In this document: positions 35,180 through 44,845 of the stretch, piece by piece
Layout: each line of letters opens with the position of its first letter
Numbering within the stretch: the first letter of the stretch is position 1
NCBI GenBank assembly: GCA_964252075.1
Contig: CAXULY010000005.1
Location: forward strand, 1-64,000
Length of the DNA stretch: 64,000 bases
Source of the DNA: an uncultured Deinococcaceae bacterium
Lineage (GTDB): Bacteria; Deinococcota; Deinococci; Deinococcales; Deinococcaceae
Reading direction: 5' to 3'
Notes under the pieces: model-generated
Databases searched by the model: none
What the model was told of the DNA's origin: nothing
Seen by the model: only the letters and a program-made list of their open reading frames with translations
Program-made: the position numbers and the translations under genes

Positions 35180-35264
35180 ATGAAAAATGCTGATCCTGCC
35201 CGCCCTCGTCCTGACGCTCACTGCTTGCGGCTCACCTGCAGCAACTCCTGCGCCGAGCGCGTAG
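35180..35264 (+). pseudogene. Truncated, frameshifted lipoprotein remnant
   Basis: RBS GGAGG, ATGAAAA, then a shifted frame MLILPALVLTLTACGSPAATPAPSA-stop. Confidence 0.5.
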
Positions 35265-35672
35265 ACCGGGAGGTCGCCATCGATCGCGTCTGCGCGGCGT
35301 GCGCGCGTTCAGCCACGGTGGCTGAACGCGCCGCCACACCTTACGTCTAGGCGCTCGAGCGCCTGGACGCCAGCGCCGCCTAGCAGATCGCGCCCGTTCT
35401 GCCGGACGTGCAGGCGCTCGCCGCGCCCGTCCAGAACGGAATCCCTTGCGCCGCAGAGTTCCCTGATAAGTTTTTGCGCCCTCCAGCGCTTGCCCGTACT
35501 GGAACTCGGACGGCCTGAAGGGTTCTTGTTGTATTGGAGGAGTGACTCACGAATGTCGATTCGGAGGCCAATATCCGACTCCTTCGCATTGAGCTGCCGT
35601 CCTCAGGGGTCGGGTCGACTTAAGCGCACAACGCCCAGCAGCGTAGCGTGCAGCCAAAACGTAGGGCCTGAC

Positions 35673-36056
35673 CTACTGCCCGATGGATGCGGTGGTGCTG
35701 TTGCCGCTGGTGTACGTGATGGTGACCTTTTCCGTGGCGGCGGTGTACGTGCAGCCCGTCACGAATCCTCCCGGAGCCGTCACACTGTAACTTCCGAAGC
35801 TCGTCCCGGCGGTGCCTGTTCCGCATGAACCTGCCGGGATGTTGTTGCTGCTCGACTCTGCGATGAAGGCCTTGCCTGCCTTGTACACGTTCTGCGCGTA
35901 CGCCAGGGCTGCCCGGTCAAAGGCGGCGCGCCGCGCGCCGAACAGGTTGGGAATCAGGATGGCCGCCAGGATGCCGATGATGGCGACGGCAATCAGCAGC
36001 TCAATGAGCGTGAAACCGTAGGTGGACATGGACTTGGCTCGGTGATCAGGGGTCAT
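35673..36056 (-). CDS. Type IV pilin (prepilin)
   Basis: G|FTLIELLIAVAIIGILAAILIPNL class III signal; two C-terminal Cys. Confidence 0.9.
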   Translation of the reverse strand: MTPDHRAKSMSTYGFTLIELLIAVAIIGILAAILIPNLFGARRAAFDRAALAYAQNVYKAGKAFIAESSSNNIPAGSCGTGTAGTSFGSYSVTAPGGFVTGCTYTAATEKVTITYTSGNSTTASIGQ

Positions 36057-36195
36057 GCGGGCGCTCCTCCGCCAGTGTACGGACCGCACCCTCACATGAA
36101 TCTGACAGCGCTGGCGTTTGGCGGTGCTCCCAGGTAGCGTGGTGCATGCCCTATTCCACAGGTGACCGTGACCCATACAGCGCTGCAGGTCTCAC

Positions 36196-36408
36196 ATGAC
36201 CGCGCCTGACGCCCCGCCGGAAGCGCTGTCCCTGGATGGGGGCGGCGTGTCGAGCCCCACCATTGCGGAACTGCCGCTTGGCACGCATCTGAATCCTGGT
36301 GATTTCCTGCGCTGGGGTGAGCAGGTCTGGCGGGTCATTGAGGTGCTGCCCGACGCGCCTGGGGCCGTGCAGGGCGGCCAGCAGGTGCAGGTCGAGCGTC
36401 TGGAGTGA
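36196..36408 (+). CDS. Hypothetical protein
   Basis: 70-aa ORF with host-like codon usage. Confidence 0.5.
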   Translation: MTAPDAPPEALSLDGGGVSSPTIAELPLGTHLNPGDFLRWGEQVWRVIEVLPDAPGAVQGGQQVQVERLE

Positions 36409-36454
36409 CGCGTTTTTGGTCGTCCACGTGACGTCTGGCGCCTATGCTGCCTGC

Positions 36455-36598
36455 ATGGGTGCGTGGGCGATGCTGGGATCGGTGCTTTCCGTGGCTGTGG
36501 GCGTGGTGCAACTGTGCACCGGCGATTGGCTGGGCGCCCTGTGGACAGTGGGCGGCGTGGCGCTCGGGTACTGGGGGTACCGCCTGCGGCAATCCTGA
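36455..36598 (+). CDS. Small two-TM membrane protein (47 aa)
   Basis: MGAWAMLGSVLSVAVGVVQLCTGDWLGALWTVGGVALGYWGYRLRQS; TATGCT 6 nt before ATG. Confidence 0.5.
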   Translation: MGAWAMLGSVLSVAVGVVQLCTGDWLGALWTVGGVALGYWGYRLRQS

Positions 36599-36615
36599 CG
36601 CCCATGCACGGGGCG

Positions 36616-37317
36616 TCAGGGCGTGAGGTCCTCCTCGGTCGTCAGGAAGTCCACGGCGCCCGACCCGATCTCGTAGAACGCCCCGATCACCCGGATCTGC
36701 CCGCGCCGCTCGGCGGCCTCCACGAGCGGGTTTGTGCGCAGGGCCGCCACCTGATGCCGCACGTTCATGAGGACCGCCTCGCGCATGCGCGCCTTGGTGT
36801 CCCGGATGTGCGAGAGGCCGCCCAGCGCCGGGCGTATTCCGCCGATCAATTCCCGCAGGTGGTCCGGCTCCCCCGTGAGCTGCTCCTCGGGCAGCAGGGC
36901 CGTGCGCACCGCACCGCAGAACTCGTGCCCCAGCACCACCAGCAGCAGCACATTCAGGTGCTGCACCGCGTACTCCAGGCTGCCCAGCACGCCTGAACCC
37001 ACGACGTTGCCCGCCACGCGCGTCACGAACAGGTCCCCGAAGCCCTGATCGAACACCAGTTCGACCGGCACGCGCGAGTCGCTGCACGCCAGCACCGCCG
37101 CGAACGGCGACTGCCCGAGGATCTGCGCGCGGCGTTCATTCGCGCCGAGTTCCGGGCGGCCCGCCTGCCCGGAGAAGAACCGCGCGTTGCCCAGCTTCAG
37201 CGCGCGAATGGCGGCTTCGGGCGTGGTAACGGTGGGTGGGCGGAGCGCCGCGATCTCCTCCATGCTGGCACTGCGGCGCAGCGCATCCTGCAACCGAATT
37301 TCAAAGTCGTCCGTCAT
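36616..37317 (-). CDS. Beta-class carbonic anhydrase
   Basis: [24 protein letters not shown]. Confidence 0.92.
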   Translation of the reverse strand: MTDDFEIRLQDALRRSASMEEIAALRPPTVTTPEAAIRALKLGNARFFSGQAGRPELGANERRAQILGQSPFAAVLACSDSRVPVELVFDQGFGDLFVTRVAGNVVGSGVLGSLEYAVQHLNVLLLVVLGHEFCGAVRTALLPEEQLTGEPDHLRELIGGIRPALGGLSHIRDTKARMREAVLMNVRHQVAALRTNPLVEAAERRGQIRVIGAFYEIGSGAVDFLTTEEDLTP

Positions 37318-37458
37318 GGTGTCCAGGGTAAAGGTTAAACCGCCGTTGCGGCACGGTGGGTGTATGCTCTTGCCACCCACAGCCCATTGAGGTCCGGCGA
37401 CCGCAAACCAGGTTTTCTTGCACTGCAGCGCTCGCGCTGCGAAGAGAGCAGGTGCCGT

Positions 37459-39480
37459 ATGAGGGTGCGCAATGTGTCCGTGATCGGCCACTCGGGGGTC
37501 GGCAAGACCACGCTCGCGGAGGCGCTGTTGTTCCGCGCGGGGGTCCTGACGCGCATGGGGGCGGTGGAGGACGGCAACACCGCCAGTGATTACAGCGATC
37601 CGGAGCGCCGCCGGGGCATCTCCATCCAGACGAGCGTGCTGCGCCTGGAGGATGAGGGCGTGAGCGTGAACCTGCTGGACGCGCCGGGCAGCGCGGACTT
37701 CGTGCGGGAGATCCGGGGGGCCATCCGGGCGGCGGACAGCGCGCTGGTGCTGGTGAGCGCCGTGAGTGGCGTGGAGGTCGGCACGGAGCGCGCGTGGGCA
37801 ACGGCGGACGGCTTTTCCATGCCGCGCATCGTGCTGGTGAACAAGATGGACCGCGAGCGCGCGGATTTCTACGCGGTGCTGGCGGACGTGAACGCCAGCC
37901 TGCGCGGGCACACCGCGGCGGCGTTCCTGCCGATCGGGTCCGAGGGCTCGTTCCAGGGCGTGGTGGACCTGCTGGGCCGCCGGGCGCTCCTCGCGGACGG
38001 CGCGCGCGCGGAGGTGCCTCAGGACCTCGCGCCGCTGGTGGAGGAGTACCGCGCGCGGCTCGTGGAGGCCATCATCGAGACGGACGACGCCCTCACGGAC
38101 CGCTACCTGATGGAGGAGGACATCGGTGATGAGGAACTGCACGCGGCGTTTCTGAAGGCCGTGCACGGCGGGGAGCTGTACCCGGTGCTGCCCATCAGCG
38201 CTGCGCGCGGCATCGGGCTGGACGCGCTGCTGCACCTGATGGCCCAGGGCCTGCGCAGCCCCGAGGAGCGCGGCCCGACGGTGGGGGAGGGTGGCGAGCG
38301 GCGCGAGCCCACGCCGGACGAGGCCTTCAGCGCGCGCGTGTGGCGCACCAGCATCGACCCCTTCGTGGGGAAGGTCGCGTACCTGCGCGTGTGGAGCGGC
38401 ACCCTGCGGGCGGGCGACACCATCCGGAACGTCACGCAGGGCCTCGACGTGCGCCCCGCGCACCTGTACACCCTGAACGGCAAGGACCTCACGGAGGTGC
38501 CGGAACTCACGGCGGGCATGATCGGCGCCGTCACGAAACTCGCGGACCTGCACACCGGGGACAGCCTCGCGGACCCCGCGCGCCCCATCGATTACGGCCC
38601 GCTGGTGCTGCCGGACCCGGTGGTGCGCGTGGCGCTGCACGCGCGCACGCACGCGGACGAGGACCGCCTGGGCGGCGCGATGGCGAAACTGCTGGAGGAG
38701 GACCCCACCCTGCGCTTCGCGCGCGACCCGGAGACGGGGGAGAGCGTGCTCTCGGGCATGGGGGACACGCACCTGGAGATCGCGGTGGAGAAGCTCGCGG
38801 CGCTCGGCGTGCAGCTCACGGCGACCACCCCGAAGATCGCGTACCGCGAGACCATCCGCGCGGCGTCGGAGGCGCAGGGCAAGCACAAGAAGCAGTCGGG
38901 CGGGCACGGGCAGTACGGGGACTGCTGGTTGCGCGTCACGCCGAGCGCGCAGGACTTCGAGTTCACGAGTGAGATCGTGGGGGGCGTGGTGCCGGGCAAG
39001 TACGTGCCGAGCATTCAGAAGGGCGTGGAGGAGGCGCGGGCGCGCGGCGTGCTCGCCGGGTACCCCGTGCAGAACCTGAAGGTGACGGTCTTCAACGGCA
39101 GTTACCACGACGTGGACTCCAGCGACATCGCCTTCAAGACGGCGGCGGGCCTGGCGTTTCGCGCGGCGATGGAGGGCGCGCGCCCCGCGCTGCTGGAACC
39201 CGTCGTGACCCTGCGCGTGCGGGCGCCCGCGCAGTTCACGGGGGATATCGTGGGGGACCTGCAGACCCGCCGCGCGCGCGTGCAGGGCATGGACCCGGAG
39301 GGCACCGTCATGGTCATCACGGCGCAGGTGCCGCTGGGCGAGGTGCAGCGGTACAGCGCGGACCTGCGCAGCATGACGGGGGACCGCGGCGCGTACAGCG
39401 TGAAGCCCGCCGGGTACCAGGAGGCGCCGCAGGCGGTCGTGGACCGCGTGATCGCGGAGCGCCGGGCGGAACTCGCGTGA
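37459..39480 (+). CDS. Elongation factor G-like protein (EF-G2)
   Basis: [42 protein letters not shown]. Confidence 0.9.
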   Translation: MRVRNVSVIGHSGVGKTTLAEALLFRAGVLTRMGAVEDGNTASDYSDPERRRGISIQTSVLRLEDEGVSVNLLDAPGSADFVREIRGAIRAADSALVLVSAVSGVEVGTERAWATADGFSMPRIVLVNKMDRERADFYAVLADVNASLRGHTAAAFLPIGSEGSFQGVVDLLGRRALLADGARAEVPQDLAPLVEEYRARLVEAIIETDDALTDRYLMEEDIGDEELHAAFLKAVHGGELYPVLPISAARGIGLDALLHLMAQGLRSPEERGPTVGEGGERREPTPDEAFSARVWRTSIDPFVGKVAYLRVWSGTLRAGDTIRNVTQGLDVRPAHLYTLNGKDLTEVPELTAGMIGAVTKLADLHTGDSLADPARPIDYGPLVLPDPVVRVALHARTHADEDRLGGAMAKLLEEDPTLRFARDPETGESVLSGMGDTHLEIAVEKLAALGVQLTATTPKIAYRETIRAASEAQGKHKKQSGGHGQYGDCWLRVTPSAQDFEFTSEIVGGVVPGKYVPSIQKGVEEARARGVLAGYPVQNLKVTVFNGSYHDVDSSDIAFKTAAGLAFRAAMEGARPALLEPVVTLRVRAPAQFTGDIVGDLQTRRARVQGMDPEGTVMVITAQVPLGEVQRYSADLRSMTGDRGAYSVKPAGYQEAPQAVVDRVIAERRAELA

Positions 39481-39566
39481 CCCGCATGGGGGCCGCGGGT
39501 GGGCGGCCCCCACGGGGGCTGGACAGGGGTGGGGGAGCGCTCACGCGCGCGCGCTAGCATGAACGC

Positions 39567-39833
39567 ATGCCCGAACCGCTCGGCGTGCGCTTCGTGCTCG
39601 AAGGGGTGGATGAAATCACCTTCGTGCGCATCCTGAACGCCCTGATGCACGACGCCTCCTTCGCCAAGCCGCTGCAGGTGCAGATCCAGGCGCCGCACCA
39701 CGGCGAGCCGGGTGTGCTGACCATCGCCTTCCACGAGGACCTGCGCTCGCGCGCGATGCTGGCCGTGCAGCGCCTCAAGGGCATCATGCTGGATCACGGC
39801 GTGCAGATCGACAGTTTCGGCGTGCCCGGCTGA
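39567..39833 (+). CDS. Hypothetical protein
   Basis: 88-aa ORF with host codon usage; TAGCAT 6 nt upstream. Confidence 0.65.
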   Translation: MPEPLGVRFVLEGVDEITFVRILNALMHDASFAKPLQVQIQAPHHGEPGVLTIAFHEDLRSRAMLAVQRLKGIMLDHGVQIDSFGVPG

Positions 39834-39905
39834 CCCCGCGCGGACGTCTGGTACAGTCGGGGGGATCACGCGGCCTTATCGCTCTCTCCCGGAGGACCAC
39901 GCACC

Positions 39906-41063
39906 GTGTTCGACCACGACCCCGTCACGCCCGACCGCCAGCAGGAGCGCGCGCAGGCCCAGCCCGCCCCCGAAACCCAGCCGGCAGGCGGCCCGCCCGG
40001 CGCCCACGCGCCCGGCGCGGCTGGTGGCCTCGCGGACCCCGCGCCGCGCCTGCAGTACCTGCCCGCCGGAGGTGACGCGCCCGGCGAGGCCGTCACGCCG
40101 CCCACCCCGGCGGAGATTGAGGCGCTGTTCGCGCAGGCGTCCCTGAGTGGGGGCGCGCCCGCCCTGCTCGCGCCCCCGAGCGCCGGCGCGCCGGGCGGTG
40201 ACGCCCAGCGCTTCGTGCCGAACGACGAGGCCCTGCAGCGCCTCACCGCGCGCCTCGTGGCGGTGCCGCTCACCGACCAGCAGGAGCGCGCCTACGCCGA
40301 GCAGGCCATCCCGCTGATCCTGCAGGCCGCGCAGGCGCGCGGCGTGACCGACCCGGACCAGCTCGCGTACGTCCTCGCGACGGCGCACCACGAGAGCCGC
40401 TACGGCACCCCGAAGTACAGCCGCAGCGAGAGCCTCGTGGAGGACCACAACCCCCTGAAGCGCGACGCGAAGGGCGAGTACCGCACCTCGCACGTGACGG
40501 GCCACCGCATTGACGGCGCGAGCCTCGACACGTACTACGACGACGCCTACGGCGGGCGGCTGGGGAACCGGCGCGGCACGGCGGACGCCGCGAACTTCCG
40601 GGGGCGCGGTTTCGTGCAGCTCACGGGCCGCACGAACTACCAGGACTGGACGGACCGCTTGCGCGCCGAGCGCTACAGCTACACCGTGGACGGCGTGAAG
40701 TACGGCGGGGAGGACGGGCAGGCCCTGGACCTCACGCAGCACCCCGAGCACGTGAACAAGGTGCCCGCGCTCGCCGCGCGCATCCTGGTGGAGGGCATGC
40801 AGCGCGGGAGCTTCACGGGCGAGCGCCTCGGGGACGACATCAACGAGCACAAAACCGACTTCGTGAAGGCGCGCGGCATCGTGAACGGCGACGGGCGCAC
40901 GAACGGGCGGCGCATCGCAGGGTACGCCGAGGGTTACGCGCGCGTGCTGAAGGAGGGCGGCGCGTGGCAGGCGATCGCCGTGCCGAACGCGGCGGTCGCG
41001 GCCCCAACGCAGGCCGGCTCACCGCCCGCCGACTCCACCGCGCGCACCCCGCAGGGCGGCTGA
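39906..41063 (+). CDS. GH19/lysozyme-like glycoside hydrolase with a low-complexity N-terminus
   Basis: LAYVLATAHHES, FRGRGFVQLTGRTNY, ARGIVNG; RBS GGAGG; no signal peptide. Confidence 0.8.
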   Translation: MFDHDPVTPDRQQERAQAQPAPETQPAGGPPGAHAPGAAGGLADPAPRLQYLPAGGDAPGEAVTPPTPAEIEALFAQASLSGGAPALLAPPSAGAPGGDAQRFVPNDEALQRLTARLVAVPLTDQQERAYAEQAIPLILQAAQARGVTDPDQLAYVLATAHHESRYGTPKYSRSESLVEDHNPLKRDAKGEYRTSHVTGHRIDGASLDTYYDDAYGGRLGNRRGTADAANFRGRGFVQLTGRTNYQDWTDRLRAERYSYTVDGVKYGGEDGQALDLTQHPEHVNKVPALAARILVEGMQRGSFTGERLGDDINEHKTDFVKARGIVNGDGRTNGRRIAGYAEGYARVLKEGGAWQAIAVPNAAVAAPTQAGSPPADSTARTPQGG

Positions 41064-41065
41064 GC

Positions 41066-41776
41066 GTGCGCCCCCGGCGGGCGGCGGCGTTGCTGGCGGC
41101 CCTCGCGGGCCTCGCGCTCGCGGCGGGCGGCCCACAGCACCTGCAGGTGGGGCGCTGGAGCGTGCAATGGACGCAGCGCGAGGCGAGCGCCCAGGGTCCA
41201 GGCGGCGCCGCCACCCTGTACGGCCCGCCCGCGCCGCGCGCCTGCCCGCAGGGCGCCGCGCCCTCCACCGTGCGTGGCGCGGTGCTGGCGCTGGTGGGGC
41301 CGTACACCTCCGTGTACACCGAGACGCGCGACGACTGCGGCGCGCACCCCAGCGTGGAGCGCACCTTCAGCACCACCAGCCTGCGCCGCCCGGACGGGGC
41401 GCCGCTGAGCCTGCTGGACCTCTTCCTGGAGCGGGACGTGCTGAACGCCCTCCTCGCGGACCCGCAGGTGCGCCGCGCCGTCGCGGACGCCCCGCGCCCC
41501 GCGAGCGTGCGCGCGCTCGGCCAGGCGTATGGGTCTTTCGGGTGCACCGTGCTGGATGAGGGCGCCCTGCAGAACTTCGCCTTCTACGACCTGCAGGGCG
41601 CGCGGGTGGCGGTGCGGCTCTCGCTGCCGGAGGCGGCGTACAGCTGCCGCCCCGGCTTCACGCAGCTCGCGCTGTCGCTGCCCGTCCCCGCCGCGCTGCG
41701 GGCCGACCTGAGCGCCGCGAAACGCGCGGGCGCCCTCATGGTGAACCTGCAGGCGCGCACGGACCTCCTCCCGTGA
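41066..41776 (+). CDS. Secreted protein with RsiV/DUF3298-like motifs
   Basis: Signal peptide RRAAALLAALAGLALA; CGAHP, G.PLSLLDLF, NFAFY. Confidence 0.55.
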   Translation: MRPRRAAALLAALAGLALAAGGPQHLQVGRWSVQWTQREASAQGPGGAATLYGPPAPRACPQGAAPSTVRGAVLALVGPYTSVYTETRDDCGAHPSVERTFSTTSLRRPDGAPLSLLDLFLERDVLNALLADPQVRRAVADAPRPASVRALGQAYGSFGCTVLDEGALQNFAFYDLQGARVAVRLSLPEAAYSCRPGFTQLALSLPVPAALRADLSAAKRAGALMVNLQARTDLLP

Positions 41777-42384
41777 CGGCGGGGACGCCCGCGGACCTCA
41801 CGGGTCTGCTGGACTGGCGGCGGCGCGTGCAGGACCTGTACGCCGAGGTGCGCGACCTGCACCGGGTGGAGCCGCGCGCCGCGTGGCGGCGTTGGCGTGA
41901 GGGCCGCGACGCGCTCTTCGCGCGCCACCCGCAGTCCCCGCTGCCGCCTGGGGCGCGCGCGGGTTTTCGCGGCCTGCCCGTGTGGGATTACGACCCCGCC
42001 CTGAACCTGCGCGCGGCGCTGGAGCCCGTCCCGCACGAGACCTTTGGGGTGGGCACCAGCGGTGCGGGCGCCATGACTTTCACGCGCTTCGCGCGCCTCA
42101 GCACGCCCCTCGGTACGCTGGACGCGTACTGGCTGGAGGACTACGCGGGTGGGCTGTTCGTGCCACTGCGCGACGGCACGGCGGGCGCGGAGACCTACGG
42201 CGGCGGGCGCTACCTGCTGGACACCGCGAAGGGCGCCGACCTGGGCGGCGAGGGCGGGCAGCTCGTGCTGGACTTCAACTTCGCGTACCACCCCAGCTGC
42301 CGTTTCGACCCGCGCTGGACCTGCCCGCTCGCGCCGCCCGGCAACCGCCTGAGTGCGCCCGTGCGGGCGGGCGAGCGGCTGTAA
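41773..42384 (+). CDS. DUF1684 family protein
   Basis: WREGRD.LF.HPQSP, FVPLRDGT, TYGGGRYL, LDFNFAYHPSC..CP. Confidence 0.88.
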   Translation: MTAGTPADLTGLLDWRRRVQDLYAEVRDLHRVEPRAAWRRWREGRDALFARHPQSPLPPGARAGFRGLPVWDYDPALNLRAALEPVPHETFGVGTSGAGAMTFTRFARLSTPLGTLDAYWLEDYAGGLFVPLRDGTAGAETYGGGRYLLDTAKGADLGGEGGQLVLDFNFAYHPSCRFDPRWTCPLAPPGNRLSAPVRAGERL

Positions 42385-42387
42385 AGC

Positions 42388-42425
42388 GCGGGGGGCCGCC
42401 ACCCACGTGGGTGGCGGCCCCCGCA
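42388..42425. terminator. Palindromic hairpin between convergent genes
   Basis: GGGGGCCGCCACCCAC-GTGGGTGGCGGCCCCC. Confidence 0.7.
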
Positions 42426-42432
42426 GCGGGTC

Positions 42433-42783
42433 TTAGAGGCCGCTCTTGAGGTCCGTGGCGACCTTGAACGCGACCTTCTTGCCTTCCGGGATGCTGATGC
42501 GCTCGTTCGTGCCGGGGCGCACGCCCGTGCGCGCGGCCGTGGCGCGCACGCTGAGCGTCCCGATGCCCGGCAGGCCCACCGTCTTGCCGTCCTTGAGGGC
42601 CGACACGATCACGTCGAGCGCGGCATTCACGGCCTCGCTCGCCTGCTTCTTGGTGAGGCCCGCCTGCGCGCCGACCATGTCGATGATCTCGGTCTTCGCG
42701 ATCTTGCCGCCGCTGGTGTCGCTGTCGTTCGCCTGGGCCTTGCTGGCGGCCTTGGGGGCCGCATTGGTGGTGCTTTTCGCCAT
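42433..42783 (-). CDS. hup: HU-family DNA-binding protein with an N-terminal extension
   Basis: [34 protein letters not shown]. Confidence 0.9.
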   Translation of the reverse strand: MAKSTTNAAPKAASKAQANDSDTSGGKIAKTEIIDMVGAQAGLTKKQASEAVNAALDVIVSALKDGKTVGLPGIGTLSVRATAARTGVRPGTNERISIPEGKKVAFKVATDLKSGL

Positions 42784-42922
42784 GGTGTCCTCCGGGATGA
42801 GGTCCGCGTTGCCCGCGGACCCGCCGGACATCATGCCACATGAGCGCGCTGGCACGGCATTCTGCAGGTCCCGACCGGTGAAAACGGCGGCGTCGCTCAT
42901 GTTGGGAGACTATAGAGAAGGC

Positions 42923-44089
42923 ATGACCGACACCGCCCCCGCCCATTCCCTGCTGGACCCCTTCCCCTGGTACGCGCACCAGCGTGCGCTCGCGCCCGTG
43001 CTGCGCGACCCGCGCAGCGGCATGTTCATGGTCTTCGATTACGCGGGCGTGCAGCGCACGCTCTCCGAGTACCGCAGCTTCTCCTCGGAGCGCGGGCGGG
43101 GGCGCGGGCAGCAGGGCGCGAGCGCGCTCTCCACCAGCCTGATCTCCACCGACCCGCCGCGCCACCGGCCCCTGCGCGCCCTGGTGGAGCAGGCCTTCAC
43201 GCCCCGGCAGGTGCGCGCCCTGGAGCCCCGCATCGCGGAACTCGTGGATGAACTGCTGGGGCAGGTGTCCGGACGCATGGATTTCGTGCGGGACTTCGCG
43301 GAGCCGCTGCCCGTCATCGTGATCGCGGAGATCCTGGGCATCCCGGCAGCGGAGCGCGCGGCCTTCAAGCGCTGGTCGGACGCCGTCATCACGGGCGACC
43401 CCAGCGGCAGCCAGGAGATGGCGCGGTACTTCGCGCGCCTCATCGAGGAGCGCCGCGCGGCGCCCGGCGAGGACCTCATCAGCGGCCTGATCGCCGCGCA
43501 GCTGGACGGCGAGCACCTCGACACGCAGGAACTCCTGGGGTTCTGCATGCTGCTGCTCGTGGCGGGCAACGAGACCACCACGAACCTCCTCGCGAACACC
43601 GTGCTGTGCTGGCACGACCACCCGGACGCGCAGGACGCCGTGCGCGCCGACCGCGAGCTGCTGCCGGGCAGCATCGAGGAGGTGCTGCGCTACCGCTCGC
43701 CCGTGCAGTCCATGTACCGCGTGGCCGCCACCGACGTGGAACTGGGCGGCGTCACGATTCCCGAGGGCAGCCCCGTCCTCGCCTGGATCGGCTCGGCGAA
43801 CCGCGACCCCGCGCAGTTCGACGCGCCGGACACCTTCGACCCGGCGCGCACGCCGAACCGCCACCTCGCCTTCGGGAACGGCATTCACTTCTGCCTGGGC
43901 GCGCCCCTCGCGCGGCTGGAGGCGCGCGTCGCGCTGAACGCGGTGCTGGACCGCCTCCCGAACCTGCGCGTGGCGCCCGGCACGGCCCTGACCGCCATCC
44001 CCAGCACCATCGTGTACGGCGTCAAGGCGCTCCCCGTGACCACCGGGGGTGGGGGCGCCGCGCCCCCACCCCGCACGCTCAGGGGTTGA
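42923..44089 (+). CDS. Cytochrome P450
   Basis: DPPRH, AGNETT, EEVLRY, FGNGIHFCLG. Confidence 0.95.
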   Translation: MTDTAPAHSLLDPFPWYAHQRALAPVLRDPRSGMFMVFDYAGVQRTLSEYRSFSSERGRGRGQQGASALSTSLISTDPPRHRPLRALVEQAFTPRQVRALEPRIAELVDELLGQVSGRMDFVRDFAEPLPVIVIAEILGIPAAERAAFKRWSDAVITGDPSGSQEMARYFARLIEERRAAPGEDLISGLIAAQLDGEHLDTQELLGFCMLLLVAGNETTTNLLANTVLCWHDHPDAQDAVRADRELLPGSIEEVLRYRSPVQSMYRVAATDVELGGVTIPEGSPVLAWIGSANRDPAQFDAPDTFDPARTPNRHLAFGNGIHFCLGAPLARLEARVALNAVLDRLPNLRVAPGTALTAIPSTIVYGVKALPVTTGGGGAAPPPRTLRG

Positions 44090-44801
44090 TGACGAACCAC
44101 ACCTTCCCGACGCCCTGCCCGGTCGCGTCACCGGGCTTGGTGTCCTTCACCCAGTAATACAGCGGCTTCCCGTCGAAGGTCACCTGCAGGCTGCCGTCCG
44201 TGCGGACTGTGGTGCCCACCCGCGAGCGCCACTCGGCCGCCACCTTCGGCTGCTGCGCGACAAGCAGCGGCGGCCACGCGGCGGCGCACTTGTCGTAGCA
44301 GGTGCTGGTGGTGCCCTCGTCCTTGGTGTACAGGTACAGCGTCATGCCGCGGTCGTCCGCCAGCACCGAGCCCAGCGCGCCCGCCTCTGCCGCCTTCAGG
44401 GTCGGGCCGGGATTCACGGCGTACCACACCTTCCCGACGCCCTGCCCGGTCGTGTCGCCCGGCTTGGCGTCCTTCGCCCAGTAATACAGCGGCACGCCGT
44501 CCAGCGCGACCTGCTGGCCGCCGTCCGCGCGCTTCACGAGGCTCAGGGTGCCGCTCACGCCGTCCGGGAGGGCCGGCACGCCGTCGTCCGCCGTGAGGGG
44601 CGGCCACGCCACCGCGCACTGGTCCGCGCAGTTCGAGACGCCCGGCGCGTCCTTGGTGAACAGGTACAGCGTGCGGCCCTGGTCATCCGTCAGGATGCGG
44701 CCCAGGCGCGCGTCATCCCGCACCCCCAGGCCCGCGGCGCCCGCGCTCGCAGCGACGGTGAGGGTCAGGCTGGCAGCCATCAACTTCAGCAGAGTGGTCA
44801 T
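44079..44801 (-). CDS. Secreted COG4315-like repeat protein (Yx(FWY)xxD)
   Basis: Signal peptide; two units each with TLYL(F/Y)TKD, C.D.CA.AWPPL, PLYYW.KD..PGD..GQGV. Confidence 0.85.
   Translation of the reverse strand: MTTLLKLMAASLTLTVAASAGAAGLGVRDDARLGRILTDDQGRTLYLFTKDAPGVSNCADQCAVAWPPLTADDGVPALPDGVSGTLSLVKRADGGQQVALDGVPLYYWAKDAKPGDTTGQGVGKVWYAVNPGPTLKAAEAGALGSVLADDRGMTLYLYTKDEGTTSTCYDKCAAAWPPLLVAQQPKVAAEWRSRVGTTVRTDGSLQVTFDGKPLYYWVKDTKPGDATGQGVGKVWFVINP
44096..44493. repeat. Intragenic duplication, period 327 bp
   Basis: 44096-44166 is nearly identical to 44423-44493. Confidence 0.85.
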
Positions 44802-44845
44802 GTGTGCCTCCACACCAGGGAACGCGCCGCGCGTCCCCCCTGGAT

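Noticed and set aside
35430..35610. Possible structured RNA or c-di-GMP-I riboswitch (GGGCAA...GCGCAAA on the minus strand)
   Set aside because: Spacing and the GAAA tetraloop stem do not fit; an Rfam cmscan hit would be needed.
39906..41063. Prophage lysis cassette
   Set aside because: No holin, spanin or phage structural genes are adjacent.
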